64,000 nt of DNA from Octopus vulgaris (taxonomy: Eukaryota), in assembly GCA_951406725.2 (NCBI GenBank), contig OX597833.1:31062001-31126000 (forward strand), read 5' to 3'. A model generated the notes under the pieces. The model had not been told where the DNA came from, ran no database searches, and saw only the letters and a program-made list of their open reading frames with translations. Of the stretch, positions 39,274-52,063 are shown piece after piece (positions within the stretch are counted from its first letter, which is position 1; every line of letters begins with the position of its first letter). The position numbers were made by a program, and so were the translations under genes.

Positions 39274-40472
39274 ATGAACCGGCCAAACACTGTGAAATCT
39301 GAGATCGGACAGGTGAGCGTTTTTAACGCCGTTATTGATCTTTCTGATAGAAAGATCAATAACGGCGTTAAAAGCGCCTCCGACTTCGCCCTATGGCGCA
39401 ACACCTTTACATGGTTTAAAACCAATAGCGGTAGGGGTAGAGCTAGGTTTATCCAATTTGATATAGTGGATTTTTACCCATCTATATCAAGGAAGCTCCC
39501 GTTAAAGGCACTGGACTTTGCTAAGACTTACACTGAAGTTAGCGACGAGGACATACGCATCACCATGCATGCCAGTAGAACCCTACTCTTCAGCCAAACG
39601 TACTGACCCAGAGGGCTCCTTCGACATAGCAATGGGTACTTTCGACAGTGTTGACGTATATGACCTCGTCGGTCTCTTCATCCTAGATGTACTCAAAAAG
39701 AAATTCCTTTCAATTAGCTTTGGCCTCAACAGGGATGACGCGCTAGCAATATCAAGAGGGGCTAACGGCCACACGCTGGATAGCCTCAGAAAGGACCTCT
39801 CAGGTACCATGAATTCTGTTGGACTGAAGGTCACAATAGAAACCAAGCTGAAAACGGTAGATTTCTTTGACGTGATCCTGGACTTGGAATCTGATGCCTA
39901 TAGGCCATTTAGGAAACCAAATGAGAGGCTATCATACATTAACACAGTTTTTTGCTATCCAGATATAGTGTTCAGGAACCTGGTTAAGGGTGTCAGTAAG
40001 AGACTCTCTAGCTTATCTTCAAGCACAGAGATTTTTGATGCTGCTGCCCCGTACTACAAGCGGGCTCTGGCTGCCAGCAGTTTCAAGGATAGTGTTAGTT
40101 ACACGCCAGACCCTAGTCCCCCCCACCCAAAGAGAAAGTGCCACCGGAAAGTGTTGTGGTTCACTTGCTAAGACCAGAGTAGGTAAGATCTTCCTTAAAT
40201 TAATTGATAAACACATCCCCTGCACAAATAGATTCAACAAAATATTTAATAGACATACCCTGAGAATATCTTTTACATGTGCACCTGGTGTAAAAAAGAT
40301 TTTAGTAGGTATGCTCAGACCCGAAGCAGAGGTAACAACCCCAGAAAAAAAAAATACATTTGACACCACTACATATATCACAAACCCCACTACATATATC
40401 ACTTCCCACAAACACTTCAAGATAATTCTTACCAGCTTTGCAGCGAATCCAACCAAGGGATACAACTCCTAA
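39274..40472 (+). pseudogene. Penelope-like element RT, fragmented
   Basis: FIQFDIVDFYPSIS, IAMGTFDS..DLVGLFIL, GLNRDDAL, VDFFDVILDL, YRPFRKPN, RKVLWF and KIFNRHTLRISF. Confidence 0.85.
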
Positions 40473-40822
40473 TCTAATCCCCTGTCCTTTTTCGTTTCAC
40501 CACTCCTTTCACAGCAACCGCAAACCGGATTTGTCAATTCACCCCCGACAATGTAGAATAGTCGCCATATTCCTTGCCATATCGTAAGGTTATATTATCA
40601 GATTGTTACCTAACACTCCATTGCATTCCTTGCGCTAAACCGATTGGTAAGACCAGCCGTGGTGGATATATAATACCGCACATTTCGGATAATACATCCA
40701 CACTGTTGATAGATATACGAGTGCATCTTTTCCCTGACTTATGGACTCTTAGACGACTCACGCGTATATATGTATGTATTATGTATATATACATACATAC
40801 ATACATACATACATACATACAC

Positions 40823-40867
<45 letters not shown>

Positions 40868-40873
<6 letters not shown>

Positions 40874-41176
40874 CAAAATAAGCAACAAGGATATCCAAGG
40901 TAGTGTAGTACAATTGTTTCATGCTACTTCATTTTATTAAACACTGTAAGTATTACATCAGTTTTAAAATGTTGACCAATCTTCAGCCACATATAGAATT
41001 TTTAAATTAAACTGACAATGCAGTATAAGAATGTGCATTGTCCGGTTAATTAAAAAATTCTATATGTGACTGAAGATTGCTCAACATGAAATACTTACAG
41101 TGTTTAATAAAATGAAGTAGCATGAAACAATTGTACTACACTACCTTAGATATCCTTGTTGCTTATTTTGATTATA
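40868..41176. repeat. ~310-bp palindrome between (TA)n tracts, probably an inverted Penelope-type terminal repeat
   Basis: 40868-41020 is the reverse complement of ~41047-41176, apart from one short indel. A ctgaaga...gaaa remnant is present in the right arm. Confidence 0.75.
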
Positions 41177-41269
41177 ATCACCCCATTTAATTTATATGGA
41201 TAATACCATACTAAATTCTGGTGCCTTTAACTCAAGTACCATATTCATCTGAATCTAAATTTTCCTGAA

Positions 41270-41333
<64 letters not shown>

Positions 41334-41343
41334 CATACATACA

Positions 41344-41374
<31 letters not shown>

Positions 41375-41910
41375 GCCTTCATTATTTTATAATTTCTACA
41401 TTCGAATTTTGCTGAACCAGCCATAAATTCATATGGTAAATATATTTACTGACAGTCAGGATTTAGCCAAACCATCCAGCAATGGAGTAGTTACTACTGA
41501 TGAGCTTGTAATTTTCAGGCAAAATTAGTTTAGCATAGTGATCTAGATTTGCTGTGGGGCAGTTAACCCCCCTATTAGTATATGAAAATGTGCTTTCTTG
41601 CGGCTCTAGGAGCTTTTAACAGACATAGAAGCGTGTGAAATTTAAGCGCAAAGGGAGTAGTAGGAGAGAAGAAAAATATGATGAGGAAAAGGATTTTAGC
41701 TAAGATGAGGAGAAACTATGATGACTTTACATAATGAGCAAAGGTGCCATAGAATTTGTGCCTGCAAGAGAAGATTGTGTCAGTGAATCAATGAAATAAA
41801 GAGGTCTCAGTTTGGTGTAATATTGTGAGCAATTCCAGGCAACATAATTAACAAAAGCGAAAGTTAGCGCTGTTTGGGGCTCCAACACAAGTTATGAACC
41901 AGGATAAGTT

Positions 41911-42162
41911 AAGAATCCCGTCGTATATATGTATATATATGAGTGAGTGTATGTTTGTGTGTCTGTGTTTGTCCCCCTAGCATAGCTTGACAACCGATGC
42001 TGGTGTGTTTACGTCCCTGTAACTAGCGGTTCGGCAAAAGAGACCGATAGAATAAGTACTAGGATTACAAAGAATAAGTCCCGGGGTCGATTTGCTCGAC
42101 TAAAGGCGGTGCTCCAGCATGGCCACAGTCAAATGACTGAAACAAGTAAAAGAGTAAAAAGT
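41911..42162 (+). mobile_element. SINE family A, 5'-truncated
   Basis: Matches 13878-14160. Confidence 0.8.
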
Positions 42163-42727
42163 ATATTTGTTGGTATTGTGAGTGGTGTTAAATCAGCCAA
42201 ATCTTCATGTTGGTAGTACTTCAAAGTGAACGTTGTTGCTCCTTTAAAGTCCAGGCCGCATCTAAACTTTCAGTATCGGAGCGTTTCACTGCTGGGCGGG
42301 AAAAAGTTACATACATAAACTAAGGTACACACACACATACATTAACGCACACCTGAAGCCTATCTCTGTCCCCTTGTGTGTCAGTCATCACAAAAATGCA
42401 TGTATACTAACAAACACATACACTGTCACACACAAACACTTGTCTGCCACTGGCCTAACATAGGTAACGAATGTACGAACACACTCATATAGAAAATGTG
42501 ACGTCATCGTCGTTGTGGTGGTGATATAAAATGTCGTTTACGATAGGTGACTAAAAGAAAATGACAATGTTAAATATTTGTAATACAAATATGTGAATGA
42601 AAATTTAGTTTAGTTGGTAGCCAAAAGCCTACCGAATCTTTTGATACCCCATACGTGAAAATCGGCAACTCGGTTTTGGAAGGCATAAGGAATACACACA
42701 CACACACACACACACGCATGCAAACTC

Positions 42728-42783
<56 letters not shown>

Positions 42784-42821
42784 TATGTATATATATCATT
42801 TTATTATAGATTATATATAAG

Positions 42822-42853
<32 letters not shown>

Positions 42854-42919
42854 TGTATGTATGTATGTATGTATGTATGTATGTATGAATATATATATAT
42901 ATGTATGTATGTATACATA

Positions 42920-43150
42920 TACACGACAGAAACTGAAAGAAGCCTGTCGTATGTGTGTGTGTGTGCTTGACAACCTATGTCGGCGAGTTTACGTACCTGT
43001 GATCTAGCGGTTTGACAAAAGAGACCAATAGTATAAAGTACCTGGCTTTTAAAATAAGTTCTGAGGTCGATTCATTTGAACAAAATTCTTCAAGGCGGTG
43101 TTCCAACATGACCGCAGTCTAATGACTGAAACAAAAGAAAGAAGATATAA
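42920..43150 (+). mobile_element. SINE family A, 5'-truncated and degenerate
   Basis: gaaactgaaagaagcctgtcg...aaggcggtgttccaacatgaccgcagtctaatgactgaaac. Confidence 0.7.
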
Positions 43151-43294
43151 GATACATGTCCACATTAATGCACTCACGCACATGGACATGGACATGCATC
43201 TCTGATAGGTTTAGCATTTCTAGTTTCAACTAAAGTGTCTCCAGACAACCGTCATGCACTCTTCCACCATTATGAACAACTCTTCCACCATTCC

Positions 43295-43394
43295 TCGCCG
43301 CCGCTGCCGCCGCTATTGCAGCCGCTGCCGTACCGCCGTCGCTGTTACCACCGCCACCGCCGCCGCCGCCACCACCACCACCACCACCACCACC

Positions 43395-43464
<70 letters not shown>

Positions 43465-43822
43465 ACTGATCAGTGACATCGTTACTATCAACACTCCCTT
43501 CCACCACTGCTATTCCCAGTAGTACCACAACTAGAGTTAACTACTACCACTACCGACTTCGGCGTTACTACCCCTATGAGCTCCAGTTTCTATAACACTA
43601 CTGCTTCCACCGCCCGCACTACCAATACCACCACCACCACCACCACCACAACCACTAACACAACCACTAACAACAACACTACCCTTATTATAAATACCTC
43701 AAGTAGCCTCTCTACAACCATTAGGCTTCCAGTACCATCATCAGTACCGTACCACCACCAGCTCTGACATCATCAGCACCCCCACAACCTTCACCATCAC
43801 CGCCTATAGCACGAGCACCACT

Positions 43823-43873
<51 letters not shown>

Positions 43874-44620
43874 TCAGAACTAGTACTACAAGCATCACCC
43901 AGTCATCAGCGACGTTGCTACCACCAACTGTAGTACTTTCAATGTCATCAGTGACATTACAACTCTGCTTTTTACATCCTAGCACCACGCTCACAAGCAC
44001 TAGATTATTGCCACCTGTTACATTACTAATACCATTTGCAATAGCAGCACAACAATTTCTAGCCTCGCTGGCAATCATCGACCAGCCTACCTCCAACAGA
44101 TAATAGCGTAGCAGTAGCAACTGCAGCAACAGTAATAATTACAGCAGCAAGCGGCAGCAACGAGCAGTAATATCGGTAGCAACAGAAGCAGCAACATTAT
44201 TAGCAGTAGCTCCTCCTGTCCTGATATTGCCGCCGCCGCCATCACCACGACCACGACCACCACAACCATCACCACTACCTCCTCCTCCCCCTCATCCTCC
44301 ACCACTGTTAGGATAATAATTAATTGTTGGAATGCAGCACTTGTCTCTATCCATCTCAAGCAGACGCACGCGTGCGTTCACATACACGCATTTACATGCA
44401 CTCCAGTTTTATTTGCTTCTTTTAGATTTCTTTTTATTTAATTTCTCTCTCTCTCTCTCTTTCTATGTTTCAATCCATTTTCCAGACTCTGCATCTCCTT
44501 CTCTCTCTGTTTCCCCTCTCTCGCATTCTCTCACTGGCTTTCCTTTAATCTCAACCGTCACTCTTTTGTTCTCGCAGTTTTGTCAACCTGCCCTTCTCTC
44601 CTATATATCTACCTCCATCC

Positions 44621-44679
<59 letters not shown>

Positions 44680-45730
44680 CCTGTCTGTCTGTCTATCTAC
44701 CTGTCTGTCTGTCTGTCTATCTGTCGTCCTTCCATTCTCGTTCTAGTTATCTTTTATTCGGTCATTCTGTTAGATTATCCTTCTGTAAAGCATTCTAGTT
44801 CTTTTGCGTACTTTTTTTTTATTGAAAATTTGTTAATCACTCCACCTCAATTACTCATTCAGTTTTTTCCCGTTTTTATCGTCTACTTTCTCATTCACCA
44901 TCTCTTTTCACTCTTCTTTCATTGTTTCTTTTTTGCTTTCCTTCTTTTCCCTCTTTTCTTTATAGATATGTTTCTAATTTGTTGTTGTTGTTGTTGTTGT
45001 TGTTGTTCTTCTTCTTCTTCTTCTTCTTCTTCTTCTTCTTCTTCTTCTTCTTCTTCTTCTTCTTCTTCGTATTCTTCTTCTTTTTCCACTTTCTCTTTCG
45101 TCTATCCTTCGCTTTTTCTATCTGTCACTTTCTCGTATTTTCCACTTCGATTTCTTCCTCATCTTTGTTTATTATTTTTCTCTTTCCTGTTTTTTCTCAT
45201 TTTATTTTTGATATTCTCTTTCCTTCACCTCCATTTTCATTTTACATTTTCCTCTTTTCTGTCTTTCTCATTTTGCTGTGCGCTTCATGTACTATTCCCC
45301 TCCTTAATATTTTCTCCTTCGTTTATTCTTTCTCTCTTTCTTATATGTCAGACTTCTCGAGTCATCTTCCGCTCTTATCTTATATTTTCTCCTCTTTCTT
45401 TATCACGTTCTCTCTATCTTTCTCTTACACACACACGCGCGCACACACACGCACACACACGACATTTTCTCTCTTCTCTCTCACTCTTACCATGCTTCTC
45501 TCTTTTCCATATTTTTCATGCGTCATCTCTGTCCTTCACTCTTTCGATTTCGTGTTCTCCCTCCTTTACTTCTCTCTTACCTACCAACCTTTCTCACCTA
45601 TTCTTCATTCGTTTCTCCTTTATTCACTTTCATATTATTTTGAAATGCTTTTCTCTCCACTCTCTCTAACGGTGTTGTTTTAACAGTTTCTGTTTTCTTT
45701 TACTTCTTTAGTTCTTCCTTCTTCGTTTCC
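43295..45730. repeat. Compound microsatellite and low-complexity tract: (CCG/CAC/CAT)n, (TAC)n, (TATC)n, (TTG)n(TTC)n, pyrimidine-rich
   Basis: Seen directly. Explains the long spurious ORFs in this region. Confidence 0.9.
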
Positions 45731-47675
45731 TTTCTTTCTTATATTCAAACCCACTCTCTCCTATTTCAATAAATATGTAATGAAATTTATAAACGTTGAT
45801 TTCTGTACCTCATTCTTTGGAAACAGCTAGCAACAGGACGCATCACATAATGAAATCTTAGACGATATGGTCATGGCTGATCTGATTCGGAGTTAAACAA
45901 AAACAACAGCAGTAGCAGCAGCAGCAACTCAACTAGGTATATCAGCAACGTTAACGTCATTACTAACAGCAGTGGTACATCAAAGTTCAGCAGCTGCTCC
46001 TTCATGTTTTCAGTGAATGTAAACAAAAGTCTGTACTATTGTCTTTTTACCCCAATTGCTTTCGCCTTCTGCAGCTGGAGTAAATTTTCAGAGCGTAGAC
46101 GGCACAAGATTAAGATATCGATTAGAAATTACAGAGAATTAGGACACGCAGATACAGACACGCACGCACGCGCTCAGGCACTCACTTTTGTTTTTTTCTC
46201 TATATATGTATCTTATACATAAATGGCAATTTCTGTCTTTCGATCTGTCTGTTACCATTTTGCTGCCCACACCAGTGAGCCAATATTGACGAAACTTTGC
46301 ATACATGTTAAACTAACATCCAATTCAATTATAAGCTAATTGGATTTCAACAAGAATCTATAATAGGAGGTTAGGAGGTTTGATAAAATGAGAAGGGTGC
46401 AAAGAGTGTTAGTGTGAGGGTAGCATAGTGTGTGTGGGTGATATCAGGGAAGGGAAGAACAGCGTTGTGTAAGCGACAAATATGGAGTAGAAATGGGATG
46501 ATAACGTTGATACAGCTGTCATTCTCGGATATACACGTGACACTGCATACATACTTTCGTAAATACACAAATATATGCATAGATACACACACACATGCAC
46601 ATACACATAACTAACTTTTAAAACGCCGAGAAAGGGGGGAGAGGTGGGTTTGAGGAATACGTAAGTTTAAGAAGAGAGGGGATAGGTGGCTTTTCTGCTG
46701 TCCATTGCAAAGAAACACTCACAGACAGACACACGCATACATACATATATACATACATACATATATACATACATACATTATACATAAATACGTACGTATG
46801 TGCATACATGTGTCTACTATATACCATTTTAAACTCGTGATTATTTGTGTGTACGTTTGTAAATGTGTGTGTGTTTCAGTGTGTGTGTGTGTGTGTGACA
46901 TCCTCTAACTGTCTGTCTGTCTACTTTTGTGGGGCCTTCATATGCTGACACATATGAAATTTTAAAATTACGTCAAAATTTTCAAATTTAGTATATTGAA
47001 ATAATTTTCCACGTTAAATCCGATTTTGTTATTTATTTGTTCTAGAAAAATTGCAGAAAAATGTTACTTAGATTTCAATTCTAATCAATTTTACCTAATC
47101 AAAAAATCATTGCGAGGAGGTATCTTTATTAATCAAACGAAAGCAAAGCATTACCACGACCAAAGTTGTAAGAATTTCTGAAGTTTTAATAAGTTTTAAT
47201 GAATAAAGTCATATAAAACGGTCGAATAGACATTTAAATAATTTAAAAAGGAAGTCCTGATCAAGAGGCCTATCTGACATGGAATAAATAAAGATTTATG
47301 TAAGACATTCTAATGTAAAAATTGCCCGATAACGACGGGCTAACAAGTTAGTATATACATATTTGTATGTTAGTGTGTATATGTATGTACACACACACAC
47401 ACACACTGCACCACTGCATACACTGGCGTTAGAAATTTATACAATAGATGGCTATTCGGTCTTTATACTACATTAATTACTTCTGCCATGACGCAGTTCT
47501 TCAGGTAATGTTGGATAAGGACTATTGTTTCACCTTCATATATTGATTCTCAAGAAGAGAATTTAACGTGAGAAGGAATTTAACGCAAATACATAAAATT
47601 AAAATGAAACAGATAAATTCAAATTGATGCTTATTATCGTTTCAATAAACGAACACTCTTTATTCCTTACCACCG

Positions 47676-48139
47676 ATTCTTTTATTCTTTTACTTGTTTC
47701 AGTCATTTGACTGCGGCCATGTTGGTGCATTGCCATAAAGGTGTTTTTTTTAATTGACGAAAAATTGATCCCAGGACTTATTCTTTGTAAGCCTAGTACT
47801 TATTCTATCGGATCTCATGCCGAACCAAGTTATGAAGACTTAGACACACCAACATCAATTGCCAAGCGATGGTGGAGAGACAAACACAGACACAAAGACA
47901 TAAATATATATTCTTTTATCCTTTTATTCTTTTGTTTCAGTCGTTCGACAGCGACCATGCTGGAACATCGCCTTTTTGTCGAACAAATCGACCCCAGGAC
48001 TTATTCTTTGTAAGCCTGGTAATTATTCTATCGGTCTCTCTTGCCGAACCGCTAAGTTTCGGGAACGTAATCACACCAACATCAGTTGTCAAGCGTTGGT
48101 GGGGGAACAAACACGGACAATGACACATAAATACATGCT
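47676..48139 (-). mobile_element. Two tandem SINE family A 3' halves
   Basis: Tails start at ~47676 and ~47915. Each has ggacttattctttgtaagcct...cacaccaacatc. Confidence 0.75.
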
Positions 48140-48489
48140 GGATCTTTTCCCTTTCAACGGCAGATCGAGAAATTAATTTTTTGTAACTAAACACTTTCAA
48201 ACTTCGGACACTGGTAGAATGTGTCATATAAAACATCTTTTACTATTACTCTTAGTGTTGTTGAGAAACAACAGTAGTAATTTTATTCAGCTGAATGCAC
48301 GTCATTGATTAGTTGAAATTAACGAAATACAACAACTTTAACACGAAATAACTTCGTAAATAGAAACTTTTCTCAACAACACTAAGAGTAAAAGATGTTT
48401 TATGACACATTCTACAAGTGTCCGAAGTTTGAAAGTGTTTAGTTACAAAAAATTAATTTCTCGATCTGCCGTTGAAAGGGAAAAGATCC
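48140..48489. mobile_element. Palindromic MITE of the GGATC-terminus family with ~125-bp TIRs
   Basis: ggatcttttccctttcaacggcagatcgagaa ... ttctcgatctgccgttgaaagggaaaagatcc. Confidence 0.85.
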
Positions 48490-48497
48490 ACATATGC

Positions 48498-48521
<24 letters not shown>

Positions 48522-48528
<7 letters not shown>

Positions 48529-48848
48529 TAGGGTTAGGAGTTGGGGAAGGGTATCTTTTTCCTTCACAAATGTAAATAAACAAATGTTTCTTAAACGAGG
48601 GACATATTCATTATGCACAGAATGTTATTTACGTCAATGGAGGTAATTGATTGGTTAAAATTGCCGAAATGCAAGAAATTTTAGACGAAATATGTTAGAA
48701 CCTATAGAATTTTCTCAATAAAGCCAAGAGAAAATGATGTTTTATAAACACATTCTACCAGTATACGAAGTTTAAAATTTTTTAGTTACCTAGTTACCTA
48801 GTTACCTAGTTTTTAGTTACAAAGTGCCATTCAAAAGGAAAAGATCCC
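48522..48848 (+). mobile_element. Partial copy of the 33070-33495 MITE
   Basis: Starts at tagggttagggttagg and ends gccattcaaaaggaaaagatcc. Confidence 0.75.
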
Positions 48849-50469
48849 TTTTTGTATTATTTAATCACCGTTACACATGTAGTAGAAAGTATGTAAAATA
48901 CCTCCTATTAGAAATCATTCAGACAAAGAATGATATTTTTATAATATTATTATTTGATTCTCTGTCTGAAGAATTTCTTATAGATGGTAACTTAACATGT
49001 TTCTTCTACAAGTTTCGTAACTCCTATTATGTGTAATGGTGAATAAGTTAACACCAAAACTTTTCCCAACCTTCTGCTTTGATACATGCGTACACACACG
49101 CGCGCATGCACACACACGCGAGCATGTACACACACTTTTTCTCTCTCTCTCTTACACACACACACACAACACATACACACACACACGCACGCACACATAC
49201 ATATTCTCTCTCTCACACACACACATCATTTTTGTATCTGTTGCAAGATTCTGTATGCGTTGAAACAAATCTTGTGTCTTGGCAGAGTCATCTTGTCAAT
49301 AATAACGCATGCACTGGCTCAATACCGCTTCTTTATTGTTAGTCAAATGGTTAAATATCTAAATAACCAACTAATCTATCGATTGTTTAATGTGCTGGTT
49401 AAACAATAAGTCGGTTGTTTGTTATTCAATATTCTTTCGTCGCCATTCGCAACCTACTCAATGATGTGACTTCTCCTCTCGCTCCAAGGTCTACTCTGAG
49501 TTTCAGAGAATCGGTCTTATGTCTGTGTGTATGCATGCTCATATGTGTATATGAAGATGTGTATTCGCGTAGAAGAGGAAGTAAAGGCGAGAGTAAACGA
49601 ACAGTGTGTGTATGTGTGTGTGTGTGCGTGCGCGCGCGCATGTGCGTATGCGTGTGCGTGGTTGTGTGTACACTCGCGTGACTGCTTGTATGTTTGTATG
49701 GCTGTGGATGTGTGTGCACTAACCATTCGTGACCGCTTTAAGGGTACGGCCTTTTGTGCAAGATCAGTTTAGTTTCAGTTCTGAAGAAGTTCGTTTGTTA
49801 TCCAGTAAAGATTTATGAGGGTACGGTGTAAATATTTGTGGGGAAGGGAAGGAGTCTCTCCAATGTATGTTGCATTCCGGTTCTTACAAGCCGCTTCCAT
49901 GCACTTTATGTTGTCTTACAATTGATATTCGGATTAAAGGTACATACCACACAGTTCCTACCAGTACACGTTGTCTTGTTTAAGTGGTACGTCTTACATA
50001 AATGTGATCTGCTGAACCTGCTTGGTTTCTTAACGATGTTAATGTTGAGTTTGATGTTCTTCTGACTTCCTAAACTTGCTGGCTAACTCCCTATTAGGCG
50101 TGGCCTCGACAGACATGACTCTTTGATGTTTATACGTCTCGTACCAAGTGTCTGCTCTGTTTCCCTTATCATAATTCCTCTGTATTCTGTTCCAATGTTC
50201 CCCCGGTATCTAAGGCGAGTTCCACTAGTGTCCTTACGATATTTTCTAATTTCTTTCTAACACCCCACCATCACTACCCTGTACACTCTGATCCTATTTT
50301 ACTGGTTGTAGCCAGAGAACAGCATGCGATGCCGAAAGTCTTGTGCGTGTCTCTTTATTTCATAGGGTTCGTGCAAGAACACATTGCTCATTATCCTGAG
50401 TCCGCTTTTAGTATGTTATTTTTTACGTTGTGTGATATAGCTGAGTTTTTGCTTGTGAATAACAAGTTC

Positions 50470-51273
50470 AGGACCGAAAGCAGAGACTTGGCGGCACAAG
50501 ATCAAAACTTGCTTACCAGAAACTACCAGGCTAACGTTCTTCAAAATGGTTCTGACCCTAAATGCAGATTTTGCGATGCATTTCACGAAACAATAGACCA
50601 TCTTGTTTCCGGATGTCCTGTGGTGACACCAAACGAATACAAACACGCCACGACAGGGTAGGACAGTATTTACATTGGAAACACTACAAAATCGGCATTC
50701 GTGTTAACTGGTAGGAACATCACCCTGAACCAGTCGTTGAAGCTAAAAATGTCATTATCCTCTGGGATTTTCCTGTCAACACTGACAAACAATCCAGGTT
50801 AACCGACCAGACGTAATTATTAAAGACGGGGAAGAAGATTCTTGTAGACTAATAGATGTAAGTGTTCTCACTGATAAAAATATATTTATAAAGGAATATG
50901 ACAAACTTAGTAAATATAAGGACCTGGAAATTGAAGTACAAAAGATGTGGCATCTTAAAGCAAAAACTGTTCCTGTTATTGTAAGAAAAGAGATATCAGA
51001 AATATTTAGACAAAAATCCCAGGAGAACCGTGTCTCAGAAAAATACAAAAGATTGTGCTGTCAGGTACTGTTCACATCCTTAGAAAAACCCTATTAATTC
51101 AAATTCCTGTGTTGTATTACATGGAGTTATTTCGCTACTGCCCCTGCCACTTTCCCTCCCTAAGCTTTCAGTTTTACTTTAACATCTCTTATCCTTTACT
51201 TGCCCTAGGGCGCTTGGTGCGTCTCGGCAAGTGATTGCAACAAACATGCACATTAAAAATTAAATAATAATAA
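50470..51273 (+). mobile_element. 3' end of an R4/Dong-like non-LTR retrotransposon (CCHC knuckle plus restriction-like endonuclease)
   Basis: AAQDQ, CRFC...ETIDHLVSGC, ILWDF, RPDVII..LIDVS, KLSKYKDL and a (TAA)n tail. Confidence 0.85.
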
Positions 51274-51274
51274 T

Positions 51275-51460
51275 CCTTTCTACTATAGACACAAGGCTTG
51301 AAAAAATTTGGGGGAAGGGACTAGTCGATTACATCGTACTTAGTTTATCGAACCCGAAAGGCAAAGTCGACCTCGGCGGAATTTGAACTCAGAACGTCTT
51401 TAAGATGGACGAAATGCCGCTAAGTCCGAGTTGCTAACGATTCTGCCAGCTCGCCACCTT
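51275..51460 (-). mobile_element. SINE family B
   Basis: Ends ttctgccagctcgccacctt, the reverse complement of the family B head. B-box ggaatttgaactc. Confidence 0.75.
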
Positions 51461-51464
51461 CAGT

Positions 51465-51586
51465 AAAGAAGGAGAAGGAGGAGGAGGAGGAGGAGGAGGA
51501 GAAGAAGAAGAAGAAGAAGAAGAAGAAGAAGAAGAAGAAGAAGAAGAAGAAGAAGGAGGATGATAATAATAATAATAATAATAATG

Positions 51587-51684
<98 letters not shown>

Positions 51685-51843
51685 AAGAAGAAGAAGAGAG
51701 CGCAAACCTCTGCCAGTTTAATACAGCTCCAAAAAAACTGCTATTAGAGACAGCTAGATACTTAGGAGGGTTCTTGGCATCTAAGGTTACTTGTAGCTCA
51801 ATGTTAGGAATTTTTCTTTTCCAACAGTCTAATCCCTTGTATG

Positions 51844-51929
<86 letters not shown>

Positions 51930-51991
51930 CTTTATAAACCACAAGGGTTTACATTGAAAAACATTATGGAGAGTACAGAACAAAACAAAGA

Positions 51992-52062
<71 letters not shown>
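51465..52062. repeat. Compound microsatellites (GAG/GAA/TAA/TGA/TG)n with a short RLE-LINE-like 3' remnant at ~51700-51845
   Basis: Repeats seen directly. The remnant reads approximately LQK..LLETAR..RRVL and is followed by (TAA)n. Confidence 0.8.

Positions 52063-52063
<1 letters not shown>

Noticed and set aside
44332-45669. 445-aa ORF
   Set aside because: Translation of pyrimidine-rich, microsatellite DNA that lacks stop codons by composition. No recognisable domain.
46197-47352. Possible Helitron with 3' hairpin gcccg-ataacga-cgggc then ttag
   Set aside because: Terminus is imperfect and the 5' end is ambiguous, so too weak to call.
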